Assembly (NCBI GenBank): GCA_963709585.1
Contig: CAVPXI010000007.1
Location: forward strand, 320,001 to 384,000
Direction: 5' to 3'
Length of the DNA stretch: 64,000 nt
Source: Candidatus Dormiibacterota bacterium
GTDB lineage: Bacteria; Chloroflexota; Dormibacteria; Aeolococcales; Aeolococcaceae
The notes below the pieces were generated by a model. The model was given only the letters and a program-made list of their open reading frames with translations. It had not been told where the DNA came from and did not search any database. Below are positions 50,059 through 59,512 of the stretch, piece by piece. Each line of letters opens with the position of its first letter. The stretch's first letter is position 1. Made by a program: the position numbers and the translations under genes.

Positions 50059-50445
50059 ATGCCGACGTCGGAACGTGCCGTGGCCGCCGTCCGTGCGATC
50101 GCCAGCAGTGGCGTGCTCCGCGCGGCCCCCGGGCTCCTCGACCAGCGGCGCTGGCGGGGCCCACGACCGGCCGCGGTTCGCATCGAGCGGAGCCGTGTGC
50201 ATGGCGACGGCGGCGTGGTAGCCGACCAGACAGCCTTGACCATGTGGTTCGGCGAGGGCCCCGGCCTCTCCGGGATCTCGGTTCGCGGCCGCGCGACCCG
50301 GGTGGCGGTCCGCACGCTGGCGGGCGTGGCCGCGGCGGTTGCGATCGGCGCGGCGACCGCCTTCGTCCAGCGCCAGGAGGCGACGCGGCTCGGAGCCGGG
50401 TCCCGGCTGCTACTCCGCGAGCCAGGGCAGAACCACCGGCCCTGA
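50059..50445 (+). CDS. Hypothetical protein
   Basis: Fills the gap between flanking minus-strand genes; one hydrophobic segment. Confidence 0.45.
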   Translation: MPTSERAVAAVRAIASSGVLRAAPGLLDQRRWRGPRPAAVRIERSRVHGDGGVVADQTALTMWFGEGPGLSGISVRGRATRVAVRTLAGVAAAVAIGAATAFVQRQEATRLGAGSRLLLREPGQNHRP

Positions 50446-51240
50446 GGTTCGCGACCGGCGCGAGACTGCGCGCAGTCGCTGCCCGTCGGTGATCAGCACC
50501 TCGCGCGAGCACGGGTTCATCGCCTCGCGCCACTCCTTGAGCACCCGGCGCTGAAATCGATCCGACGACGGCAGCGATGCCGCCAGCGCGAGGACGGCGC
50601 CTCGATCGGGCACTCCGAGCAGCACGTCGCCGCCAGCGCGCTCGGCAAACGCGGCGAGCACGCGGGGCGCCATCAGCAGGCTGCCCTGGAACAGCGGATC
50701 CGACGCAACCCTCCATCCGTCGGCGGGGATTCGGTCCGTCCGTGCAATGCGCCCGACCAGCGGCTCGAAGCGGTCCGCGGTGTTGAGCGTCGCCGCGCGT
50801 TGCACATCCTCATCGCCCAACCCCACCGACGTCCATTGGTCGCGGGGGACGCCGCGCATGATCGACCCCGGCAGCTCTTCGGCGACGAACGCGGTCATGT
50901 CGGCGCCGACCGGCGCGCGCAGCAGGTCGCCGACGCGCCCGTGGCCGGCAAGAAAGCGCTCGTTTCGCACGCACCAGAGCAGCCGGGATGTCGACAGCGC
51001 CATGGCCGGCTGAGGCGTGAGCTGATGGTCGACCGACGCGACGTACTCGCCGATCAGCGCCGGCACCCTGTCCGGCTGGCGTTCACACGCGTGGTGGAGC
51101 GGTGCGAGCGGCAGCATCAGGTCGAGCCCGGAGCCGGTGACGTGCAACGCGAAGCGCGTCGCGTCCACCTCGACAGTCGCGCTGCGGTAGCGCGCGATCA
51201 ATTGCAGACGGATTCGCTCCGCGAACGCCCCCCGTTCCAT
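50410..51240 (-). CDS. Hypothetical protein (DUF1444-like)
   Basis: ATG 51240 just after upstream stop; LLGVPDRGAVL, SREVLI. Confidence 0.65.
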   Translation of the reverse strand: MERGAFAERIRLQLIARYRSATVEVDATRFALHVTGSGLDLMLPLAPLHHACERQPDRVPALIGEYVASVDHQLTPQPAMALSTSRLLWCVRNERFLAGHGRVGDLLRAPVGADMTAFVAEELPGSIMRGVPRDQWTSVGLGDEDVQRAATLNTADRFEPLVGRIARTDRIPADGWRVASDPLFQGSLLMAPRVLAAFAERAGGDVLLGVPDRGAVLALAASLPSSDRFQRRVLKEWREAMNPCSREVLITDGQRLRAVSRRSRTSGPVVLPWLAE

Positions 51241-51244
51241 CCGT

Positions 51245-51979
51245 TTACTGGGTGGCGGCGGCGAGGCGCGATCGCAGCAACGCGATTCGTGATTCGTCGC
51301 CGCGACGCGTGACCGCGTCGATCGGCACCCGTCCCCACAGGTACAGGAACAGTGCGGCTGGATCGCCGGAAAGCACCGCGTTCGGCGACGTTCTCCGACC
51401 GGGTGCGACCAGGGTGCGTGAGTCCTCGAGCAGCACAGACCAGGCGTCGTCGCCGGCGAGCAGCTCGACGGTCCCGGTGCCAGCAACCGAAGCCGAGGCC
51501 TCCTCGTCTCCGGCCAGCATGATGGTCAGCACCTCGTCGATGCCGTCGACCGCGAGCGCAGGGTCGATCGCGCTCGGTGCGCCGAACTGGGTCTCGACAT
51601 CGACACGGTGCACGACCGTTTCCAGGGCCATCCGGCGGTACCAGAATCCGACGGTCTGATCGGGCTCCCACCACGACCAGGCAAAGTCCTTCGGCGCATG
51701 CGACACCAGCTCCGCAAGCAGCTTCGCGTGCTCGTCGGAGAACCACTCGACGGTGTCCTTTCCGAAAGGCTCATCGGTGGTCCACTCGCCCTGCTCCGGC
51801 CTGCGCCCGAGGCGCATGGCCATGACCTTGTGGTCGTACACCGTCGCCAGGTGCGCGACGACCTCGCGAACATCCCAGGGCGGACACACCGGCACCGGCA
51901 GATCGAGTCCGCGCGGCGCCATCGCAGCGATCAGATCGCCGTCGTTGCGAATGTGATCGAGATACCCCCTGAACTCCAC
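51245..51979 (-). CDS. Maleylpyruvate isomerase family mycothiol-dependent enzyme
   Basis: VPVCPPWDVREVVAHL, RRMALETVVHRVD, DGIDE. Confidence 0.88.
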   Translation of the reverse strand: MEFRGYLDHIRNDGDLIAAMAPRGLDLPVPVCPPWDVREVVAHLATVYDHKVMAMRLGRRPEQGEWTTDEPFGKDTVEWFSDEHAKLLAELVSHAPKDFAWSWWEPDQTVGFWYRRMALETVVHRVDVETQFGAPSAIDPALAVDGIDEVLTIMLAGDEEASASVAGTGTVELLAGDDAWSVLLEDSRTLVAPGRRTSPNAVLSGDPAALFLYLWGRVPIDAVTRRGDESRIALLRSRLAAATQ

Positions 51980-51983
51980 CCGC

Positions 51984-54117
51984 CTATGCCGCTCCCCGCT
52001 TCGAGCTCACGTAATCGACCAGGACATAGTCCCCAAGCCGATCGGGGCTGATGAAGAATGCGCGACCGCGGTTGAGCCGCGTCATCTGATTGACGAACTG
52101 CACGAGGTGGTGATTCAACTCGAGCATGAATGTGTTGATCACGATGTTCTCCCGCGTGCACCGCTTCACCTCGAGCAACGTCTTGTGAAACGTCTCGGGC
52201 AGCGGCGGATAGAAGAACACCGGACGCCCATTCTCGATATGCGCTGTCGGCTCGCCGTCACTGACGATGATGATCTGTTTGTTCTCCCCCGGATCCCGCG
52301 CGAGCAACCGCCGCGCCAGCATCAACCCATGCTGCATGTTCGTCCCATAGACGTACTCATTCACGGACAGATGCGGCAACGCCGCCGGCTTGATCTCCCG
52401 AGCCAGATCACTGAACCCAATGATGTGCAGCGTGTCTCTGGGATACGCACTCCGTATCAGCGAGTCCAAAGCCAAAGCCACTTTCTTCGCCGCATAGAAG
52501 TACCCACGAAGCGGCATAGACCGACTCATATCGAGCATGAGAACGGTCGCGGATCGGGTCATCGTATCGGAGCGATGCACAACGAAGTCGTCGGGCGAAA
52601 GTCGAGGCACGGCGCGCCGCGAACGACGCTCAGTCGAGGTCGGAGGGGACCCCGGCGGAGGCGGCATATCGAACGTCAGAGTCGCCGGAGCCGGGGTCTC
52701 CTCCGGCCGCCCCGGAGCAGGGGTCTCCCCCTGCCGCAAGTCACGCTGTTCGGCATCGCGCCGTACCGCGTTCATGAGCGTCTCGCGCACGTCGAGATCA
52801 AACACGTCCCCAAATTCGTAAGGCTTCGTGTCCTCTTCGCGTTCTCCGCCCTGTCCATGCCGCGAGACGGGATGGTCCCCAAAGCGATCGCGTCGCAAAC
52901 GGGCGAAGAGGTCACCGAGCGCCTTCTGTCCAATGCGCCGGAGTCCACGCGCGGTGAGACGCATGCCTTCCTCATCGCGTTCGATGAGCCCACGCTGCTC
53001 GAGCTGATCGGTCATGCGCTGGAGCCGGGAGAGGTCGCGCGCGGCGTTGTCACCGAGGACGTCGCGCAACGCTTCCTCGGTCGCGTTGTCGAGCGGGTCA
53101 CCGCGGTACATCCCGCGCAGCCCGCGTTCGAGCTCCTCGATGGATTGAAGGCGATCCATGACGCCCATCGCCTCATCGAACGGGAGCTGCTCGTTGCCGA
53201 AAAACGAGTATCGCTGGCCGAGGTGACGGCGATCGGAGAGCAACTCGAGGCCGCCCATCAGCTCGGCGAGCTGCGCCTGCAGGTCCGGGTCGCCGAACGT
53301 CGCCGAGACCATCTCCTCGAGCTGGTGACGCATCTCGGGTGACAGCGACTGCATGAGCGAGTCCATGCGCGCCATCTGGGCGGCGAGCTGGGCGAGGAAC
53401 TCGTCGAAGGTCGCGGGAGCGTCGGGAAACATCGAGCCCCACTTCTTGAGGAAGTCCTCGTAGTTGTGCTGCAGCTGCGCGTCGGGGACGCCTTCGAGCT
53501 TCTGGCGCACCAGCGAGTTGAGGTCGCGGGCCATCTCGCGCAGCGCGGTGATGTCCTGCTTCGACATCTGGCCCATCTGCTCGGCCATCTGCTTGAAGTA
53601 CGTGTTGACGACGTTCTGCTTGATCTCCTCGAGGAGTTTCTGAAACGCCTGCTCGGCGCGCTGGTCCATGAATTCGTAGCCCTGCAGCTCGCGAATCACC
53701 CCGCCCGGTTCCTGGGGCAGGTTGTCAAGGTGCTCGCGGCGCTTCTTCGCCACACGCTCGAGGATTCGCTGGGCGCTCCCGTCTGTCGCATTCTTGAGCC
53801 GCTCGTCGATTCCCTGGCGTTCGAGGCGGAGCACGTTGTCGAGCTTCTCCTCGATGTCCTTGAAGACGTTGTCGAGGCTGTATCGCTCGAGCTGCTTCTG
53901 ACGCTGCTTGCGGAGTTGCTCCATCAACTCCTCGAGCCCGGCGAACTTGCGCCCGTCGCGATCGCGCCAGCCCTGACTTCAGCAGGCGGCGCAGCGCCGT
54001 CTCGAAATCCCAGCCGTGAAAGACGTCCTCGCTCAGCCTGTCGAAGAGCGCATCGGCGTCATCGCCGAGCGGGTCCTGGCTCCCGTCCCAGACGCTGAAT
54101 CGGTGCTGGCGCGCCAC
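51984..54117 (-). CDS. vWA-domain protein; +1 frameshift near 53978
   Basis: RFSVWDGSQDP N-terminus joins as LLSQGWRD; DMSRSM MIDAS, TNMQHGL, SDGEPT. Confidence 0.85.
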
Positions 54118-54199
54118 ACGCGACCGAATCCCGCGTGAGCCTTCGCCTATGGATTCGTCTCCCGAGACATCGTGCCCGGGCGGCTCTTCCGATACCCCG

Positions 54200-55600
54200 C
54201 TACCCTCCATAGACCGCGCTGCCCTCGAGTGCGGTCTTGTTGAGGCGCTTGCCGAGATGCAGCCCCTCGAGCACGAATTCGAGCACGGCGACCCGCATCG
54301 CGTCGGTGTCCGGCTCGCCGAGGCGCTGTCGGGCGCGTTCGACGCCGCCGAGCTCGGTGAGTGCCTGCGCGTAATGGGCGACGGTGTGCTGATCTCCGAC
54401 CTCGACAGTGAAGCCACCACGATCGAAGCGCTGCACCAGGTCGCTGAACTCCTGGACGGTGAAGTGCCGGCGGAACACGTTGTTGCAGGCGGTCCGCATC
54501 AGCTTCTCGAGTACCGCGCCGTCATCGCCGTCCTCCCAGGTCTCGAGCTCGATCTTGCCCGCCGTGGAGGATGTCAACGCGGGGAGATCGCTGATCCGCG
54601 CGACCGCCTCGCGCTCCCCGGTCCGCAGCGCGCGGCGCAAAGCGCCGGCGGCGAGGTTCTCGTAGTTCGCGGTCGTGAGCCGGACCGAGACGCCGCTGCG
54701 CTGATTCACCTGCGGATGACGGCGCGCGACGTGCGAAAGCTCGGCGACGATCTCCTGCATGAACCCGGGAACCGTGACCGGGACGGGCATGTCGTCGAAC
54801 GTGGTCCGCTCCTGCTCGGCGATGGCAATCTCGTCGTCGATCGTGCTCGGGTAGTGGGTGCGAACCTGCGCGCCGAAGCGGTCCTTGAGCGGGGTGATGA
54901 TCCGCCCACGATTCGTGTAGTCCTCGGGGTTCGCTGTCGCGACGACGTAGACATCGAGCGGCAGGCGCAGCCGGTAGCCGCGGATCTGCACGTCGCGCTC
55001 CTCGATGATGTTGAGCAGCCCGACCTGGATGCGCTCGGCGAGGTCGGGAAGCTCGTTGATCGCGAAGATGCCTCGGTTGGTGCGCGGGATCAGCCCGTAA
55101 TGGATGGTGAGCTCATCGCTCAGGTAGCGTCCCTCGGCCACCCGGATGGGATCGACCTCGCCGATCAGGTCGGCGATCGACGTGTCAGGGGTTGCGAGCT
55201 TCTCCGAGTACCGCTGCTCGGGGGTGAGCCACGCAAGCTCGGTCGCATCACCGTGCTCGGCCACGAGATCGCGGCAGCGACGGCAGATCGGCTGGTACGG
55301 GTCGTCGTTGATCTCGCACCCCGCGATCGCCGGCACGGCATCGTCGAGGAGCGTGACCAGGGCTCTGATGAGCCGCGACTTCGCCTGCCCGCGCTCTCCG
55401 AGCAGGACCATGTCCTGGCCGGCGAGGATCGCGTTCTCGATCTGCGGGATCACCGAATCGTCGTACCCGCGGATGCCGCTGAACAACTCCTCGTGGTTGC
55501 TGAGCTTTCGGATCAGGTTGCGGCGAAGCTCGGTCCTGACGGGCAGGACGCGGTACTCCGCGCGGCGCAACTCACCGATGGTGGACGGGGCCTGGGACAT
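54200..55600 (-). CDS. Magnesium-chelatase-like AAA+ ATPase, partner of the vWA protein
   Basis: LGERGQAKS, AINELPDL, ATANPEDYTNRGRIITPLKDRF. Confidence 0.9.
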   Translation of the reverse strand: MSQAPSTIGELRRAEYRVLPVRTELRRNLIRKLSNHEELFSGIRGYDDSVIPQIENAILAGQDMVLLGERGQAKSRLIRALVTLLDDAVPAIAGCEINDDPYQPICRRCRDLVAEHGDATELAWLTPEQRYSEKLATPDTSIADLIGEVDPIRVAEGRYLSDELTIHYGLIPRTNRGIFAINELPDLAERIQVGLLNIIEERDVQIRGYRLRLPLDVYVVATANPEDYTNRGRIITPLKDRFGAQVRTHYPSTIDDEIAIAEQERTTFDDMPVPVTVPGFMQEIVAELSHVARRHPQVNQRSGVSVRLTTANYENLAAGALRRALRTGEREAVARISDLPALTSSTAGKIELETWEDGDDGAVLEKLMRTACNNVFRRHFTVQEFSDLVQRFDRGGFTVEVGDQHTVAHYAQALTELGGVERARQRLGEPDTDAMRVAVLEFVLEGLHLGKRLNKTALEGSAVYGG

Positions 55601-55612
55601 CGCATCCCAAGC

Positions 55613-57085
55613 CTACACCGGGGCGGCGAATCGACTGCTTTGGCCTGCCAGCGTGGTGTGCCCTCGGCGCTCGAGAGACTCGCGCGCGGCGGCGACGAGG
55701 CGGCCGGCGAGCTCCTGCTCCTGGCCGAAGTGGAGGTGAATGAATGACGCGAGCATGAGCGGGTCGGTCCAGCCCTCGCAGCCGAGTGGCTCGCCGTCGG
55801 AGTCGTGCATCGTGTATGCGGGATTGAGGCAGTCGCCGCCCGACAGCGGGCGGCTGAAGTGGAACTCGTGGCCACGCAGGCGCGTCCCGGCGGGGCCGAG
55901 CATCGATGCTGTGGCGATGCTGAGGTCGCGATATCCGCTGTGCAGGGTGCCGGCCTCCAGGGCGATGTCGATGGGGATCAGGCCGGCCATTGCGTGGGTT
56001 TCGCCGTCGCTGGTTCGCAGCGAGCGGGCGGAGTACTGGAGCCCGGAGCCCTCCGCGTAGACGGGCACGCCGTGCGCGTGCGCGCGCCGGAACAACTCGA
56101 GGAATGACTGGTTGCTCGCGAGTCTCGGCACATACGCCTCGGAGATGCCCCCGCCCAGGTACATGAGGCCGAGGTCGCGCGGCAAGGCAGCGTCCTCGAG
56201 AGGGGAGAACGTGACGATCTCCGCGCCCGCATCCTCGAGCATCTCGAGGTTTTCGGGGTAGTAGAAGCAGAACGCGTCGTCGAAGGCAACGCCGATGCGC
56301 ACGGGCTCCTCGGTGCGCGCAGGGGTGTGGCGGCGCGCCGGCGGCTGCACCGGGTGCGCTCCCTCCATGAGCCGCTCGATGAGGTCGAGATCACAGTGCC
56401 TACTCATCGCGTCACCGAGCGCGGTGATCGCCTCATCCACGTTCGCGTTCTGGAGCAGCGGCAGCAGGCCGGTGCGCAAGTCGGGGATGCGCACCGCCGA
56501 CATGTGCGGGAGCGCGCCGAGCACCGGCATTCTCGCAAGCGACCAGATGGCGTCCTCGATGACGCGACGTCGGTAGTCGTTGGGGACGTTGTTGAGAATC
56601 ACGCCGATCACGGTGCCCGCGCGGTCCAGTTGTTTGATCCCGAGTGCGGCCGCGGCGGCGGTCTCGCCCATCGCCCAGGCGTCGACCACCAGGACGATCG
56701 GCGCCGCGATGATGCGCGCGACCTCGAGCGTGCTCCCCGGAAACTCGGGCGCGCTCGAAGCGGGAGCCTCGGTCACCATGCCGTGGCCGTCGAGCACCCC
56801 CATCGCTCCCTCGACGATCACGCAATCCGCGCCGAGCGCTCCGTGCGCAAGCGAGCGCCGCACGCCCTCGGGTCCGAGCAGCCACGAGTCGAGATTCCGA
56901 CACGGTCTGCGGCTTGCGTGCGCCAGGTACGCGGTGTCGATGAAGTCGGCGCCCACCTTGAAGGTCTGGACGGTGCGGCCACGATCACGGAGCGCGGCGG
57001 TGAAACCCAGGCTGATCGAGGTCTTCCCGGAACCCGAACCCAGGCCACCGACCACGAGCCGAGGAATCCCGACCTCCTCGAGCAT
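55613..57085 (-). CDS. cobB: Cobyrinate a,c-diamide synthase-like protein
   Basis: SGSGKT, FKVGADFID, RNLD, EGAMG, DDAFCFYY, GHEFH, HLHF; glutaminase Cys absent. Confidence 0.85.
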   Translation of the reverse strand: MLEEVGIPRLVVGGLGSGSGKTSISLGFTAALRDRGRTVQTFKVGADFIDTAYLAHASRRPCRNLDSWLLGPEGVRRSLAHGALGADCVIVEGAMGVLDGHGMVTEAPASSAPEFPGSTLEVARIIAAPIVLVVDAWAMGETAAAAALGIKQLDRAGTVIGVILNNVPNDYRRRVIEDAIWSLARMPVLGALPHMSAVRIPDLRTGLLPLLQNANVDEAITALGDAMSRHCDLDLIERLMEGAHPVQPPARRHTPARTEEPVRIGVAFDDAFCFYYPENLEMLEDAGAEIVTFSPLEDAALPRDLGLMYLGGGISEAYVPRLASNQSFLELFRRAHAHGVPVYAEGSGLQYSARSLRTSDGETHAMAGLIPIDIALEAGTLHSGYRDLSIATASMLGPAGTRLRGHEFHFSRPLSGGDCLNPAYTMHDSDGEPLGCEGWTDPLMLASFIHLHFGQEQELAGRLVAAARESLERRGHTTLAGQSSRFAAPV

Positions 57086-57358
57086 GCAGTGCCTCCGGAA
57101 TGCGCCCCGCGTACCCTGTCGCCGCCTGGCACGCCAAGGGCTTGGTCTCTCGCTGGCGAGCATGGCGTAAACCGCCCGGCTCGCGCGCTCGACGCTAGCA
57201 CCGGGGGACGGCCGGGGCAAGTGCAAACTTGTAACGAACGTCGACCGGCTACCTCGTGTGCGCCGGGCGGATCAGAGCATTCGTGCCGGAGCGCGCTTGC
57301 CACGCACACTCAAAGACGTGCGCCGCCACAAGGATGGCGACGAAGACGACGGATTCCC

Positions 57359-58003
57359 TTAGATCATCGGCGCAAGCGACAGGTTTGTCAGGCGCGCGAG
57401 TTCGACTGCGTCTGCAAGTGAAAGCAGAAAGGTCCCGGGGTGCCGCTCGATCCACTGCTCACCGGCGCGTTGCGACGCAAAGAAATGTATGAAGTGGCAG
57501 AAGCTCGTGATGACGTCGCCGTCGAACCGACGCTCCGGGCTGAGAAATGAGACGACGACGCTGTCGGGCACCACGCTTTCGACATGGTCGGGCGCAACGC
57601 GAAGTTCGACTGTTTCACCGGTGATCGGGCAGACGCTTCGGACCTCCAGCACCGCGCCGAGACGCGCGGGCAGAAAGAGCGTGTCCCACGCGCACCAGGC
57701 CCAGAGCTTCACGCCGCCGACCATGAGCTCATGGGGCGGCATCTCGTTGACCGTCAAACCCCAGAAGCCGACCACCCGACCTTCCGGGTCACGAAACACG
57801 GCCGGCCACGCGCCGAGCCGCCGGTCGACCTCAGCCGGCGTCGAATCCGCGTCCGCACCGATCTCCTCCATCGACGCCGATAGGCCGTGAGCGAGGACGC
57901 GGTAGGTCGCAATCACGATCCGTTGATCGATCGCGTCCAGGCGCGGCAGCGAACCGCTCAGCGCATCTGCGAGGTTGCGAAGGTCAGTCGTCGTCGCATG
58001 CAT
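57359..58003 (-). CDS. merB: Organomercurial lyase
   Basis: WAWCAWD, SVCPITG, SFCHFIHFF. Confidence 0.9.
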   Translation of the reverse strand: MHATTTDLRNLADALSGSLPRLDAIDQRIVIATYRVLAHGLSASMEEIGADADSTPAEVDRRLGAWPAVFRDPEGRVVGFWGLTVNEMPPHELMVGGVKLWAWCAWDTLFLPARLGAVLEVRSVCPITGETVELRVAPDHVESVVPDSVVVSFLSPERRFDGDVITSFCHFIHFFASQRAGEQWIERHPGTFLLSLADAVELARLTNLSLAPMI

Positions 58004-58008
58004 GTCGC

Positions 58009-58293
58009 TCACCTCGTCAATGCACCGATAACGCGCTCGCGAGTGGGAAGGTCCAGACGGCACATTGCCCCGTGAACGGCAGCTCGTCCCATCACATCTA
58101 CTCCGCTTACCAGGACGGTTGGCGACGGGTAGTCACCCTCGCGCTCCTGGATCGGCGTGTCGATGGCGAGCTCGGCGAGGCAGCTGCGCAGTAAAGATCG
58201 AGTTTCTTCGACGTGCGGACAACCGGGAATGTGCAGCACTTCGATCAGGGTTGCCGTCGCATGCTGTGGCGCAGCTTCCAGTGCCGAACTCAT
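58009..58293 (-). CDS. Small thioredoxin-like protein often found with merB
   Basis: IEVLHIPGCPH, SPTVLVSGVD, CRLDLPT; ATGA overlap with merR. Confidence 0.75.
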   Translation of the reverse strand: MSSALEAAPQHATATLIEVLHIPGCPHVEETRSLLRSCLAELAIDTPIQEREGDYPSPTVLVSGVDVMGRAAVHGAMCRLDLPTRERVIGALTR

Positions 58294-58712
58294 CGGGCTG
58301 TCCTCGGACGAACCGGCCTGGCATCTACCGCGAGGGCCTCGAGCAGCGGGCATTCCCTTTGGTGTCGCGGCTTCTCGCAGGTCGCGACCAGTTGCCGTAG
58401 CGAGCCCTGCATCGCCCGCAGGCTGGCGATCTTTCCCTCGAGTTCCGCCAGCTTTTCGGTCGCGAGGCCGCGAGCTCGGTCACAGTTGGCCGGACCGCCG
58501 GCGGCGAGGTTGAGCAGCGACTCGACCTCGGTGAGGCTGAAGCCCAACTCCTGAGCCCGCTTGACGAAACGGATGATCCCGACCGCGTCAGGTGCGTATT
58601 CGCGGTAGCCGGAAGGGCGTCGAGGGGGCACCTGCAGCAGACCTCGTCGCTCGTAGTACCGCAACGTCTGGATGTTCACGCCTGACTGGCGCGCGACCTG
58701 TCCGGTTCTCAC
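58290..58712 (-). CDS. merR: Hg(II)-responsive transcriptional regulator
   Basis: GVNIQTLRYYERRGL, AQELGFSL, three Cys (ANC, ATC, ECP). Confidence 0.88.
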   Translation of the reverse strand: MRTGQVARQSGVNIQTLRYYERRGLLQVPPRRPSGYREYAPDAVGIIRFVKRAQELGFSLTEVESLLNLAAGGPANCDRARGLATEKLAELEGKIASLRAMQGSLRQLVATCEKPRHQRECPLLEALAVDARPVRPRTAR

Positions 58713-58719
58713 AAGATCC

Positions 58720-58751
58720 AGCCTAAACCCTGTACCGAGGTACCGAGTCAA
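58720..58751 (-). promoter_or_regulatory. mer promoter/operator
   Basis: TTGACT-20bp-TAGGCT with GTAC-N4-GTAC dyad in the long spacer, the MerR hallmark. Confidence 0.88.
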
Positions 58752-58888
58752 GCAAAACGACGCCAGGGTTCGACCAAAGCAACCGCGGGCTCATCAAGCC
58801 GCCCCATCCCCTTTACTGACCCCTGTACAGTCGCAACCACCGTTCGCCGGGGGACGGCAAGCGATGGCGGGACTTGTGGAGGAGCGAG

Positions 58889-59512
58889 GTGGCCGGAAAC
58901 CAATGGCCGCTCATACGTGCTGAGCGGGTAGCCCTGATCGCAGATCTCGAGAACGTGACCGATGCGCAGTGGTCGACGCAATCGCTGGCTTCTGCTTGGA
59001 CCGTTCGCGACGTGCTTGCGCACATGACCTCCACGGCGAAAATGACCCCGGGGCGATTCTTCGGCAAGATGGCCGGTGCTGGGTTTCGGTTCAACGCGAT
59101 GAGCGACCAGGGCGTCAAGGACGAGCTCGGCGCGACGCCCGCGGACACGCTCGCAGGTTTCAAGGCGGTGGTCGATCGCACCACCGCGCCGCCAGGTCCA
59201 GTCGACGCGATGGTCGCCGAGGCCGTCATTCACACGCAGGACATCCGCCGGCCGCTCGGGATCGCCCACACCTTCCAGCCCGCGGCGCTGACGCTGGTCG
59301 GCGACTTCGTCATTCGCGGCAACCTGTTGCTGGGCGGTAAGCGCCGGGCGACCGGTCTAACGCTCACCGCGACCGATGTCGACTGGACCCGGGGCGCGGG
59401 GCCCGAGGTGAACGGACCGCTCGCCTCGATCATCCTGGCGCTCACCGGACGCAGGGTGGCGCTCGCGGACCTGGGTGGCGACGGGCTCGCGACCCTGACC
59501 GGAAGGATCTAA
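58889..59512 (+). CDS. Maleylpyruvate isomerase family mycothiol-dependent enzyme
   Basis: WTVRDVLAHM, EAVIHTQDIRRPLG; GGAGG RBS. Confidence 0.88.
   Translation: MAGNQWPLIRAERVALIADLENVTDAQWSTQSLASAWTVRDVLAHMTSTAKMTPGRFFGKMAGAGFRFNAMSDQGVKDELGATPADTLAGFKAVVDRTTAPPGPVDAMVAEAVIHTQDIRRPLGIAHTFQPAALTLVGDFVIRGNLLLGGKRRATGLTLTATDVDWTRGAGPEVNGPLASIILALTGRRVALADLGGDGLATLTGRI

Noticed and set aside
57090-57350. Cobalamin riboswitch upstream of the cobB-like gene
   Set aside because: No B12-box or conserved core sequence recognised.
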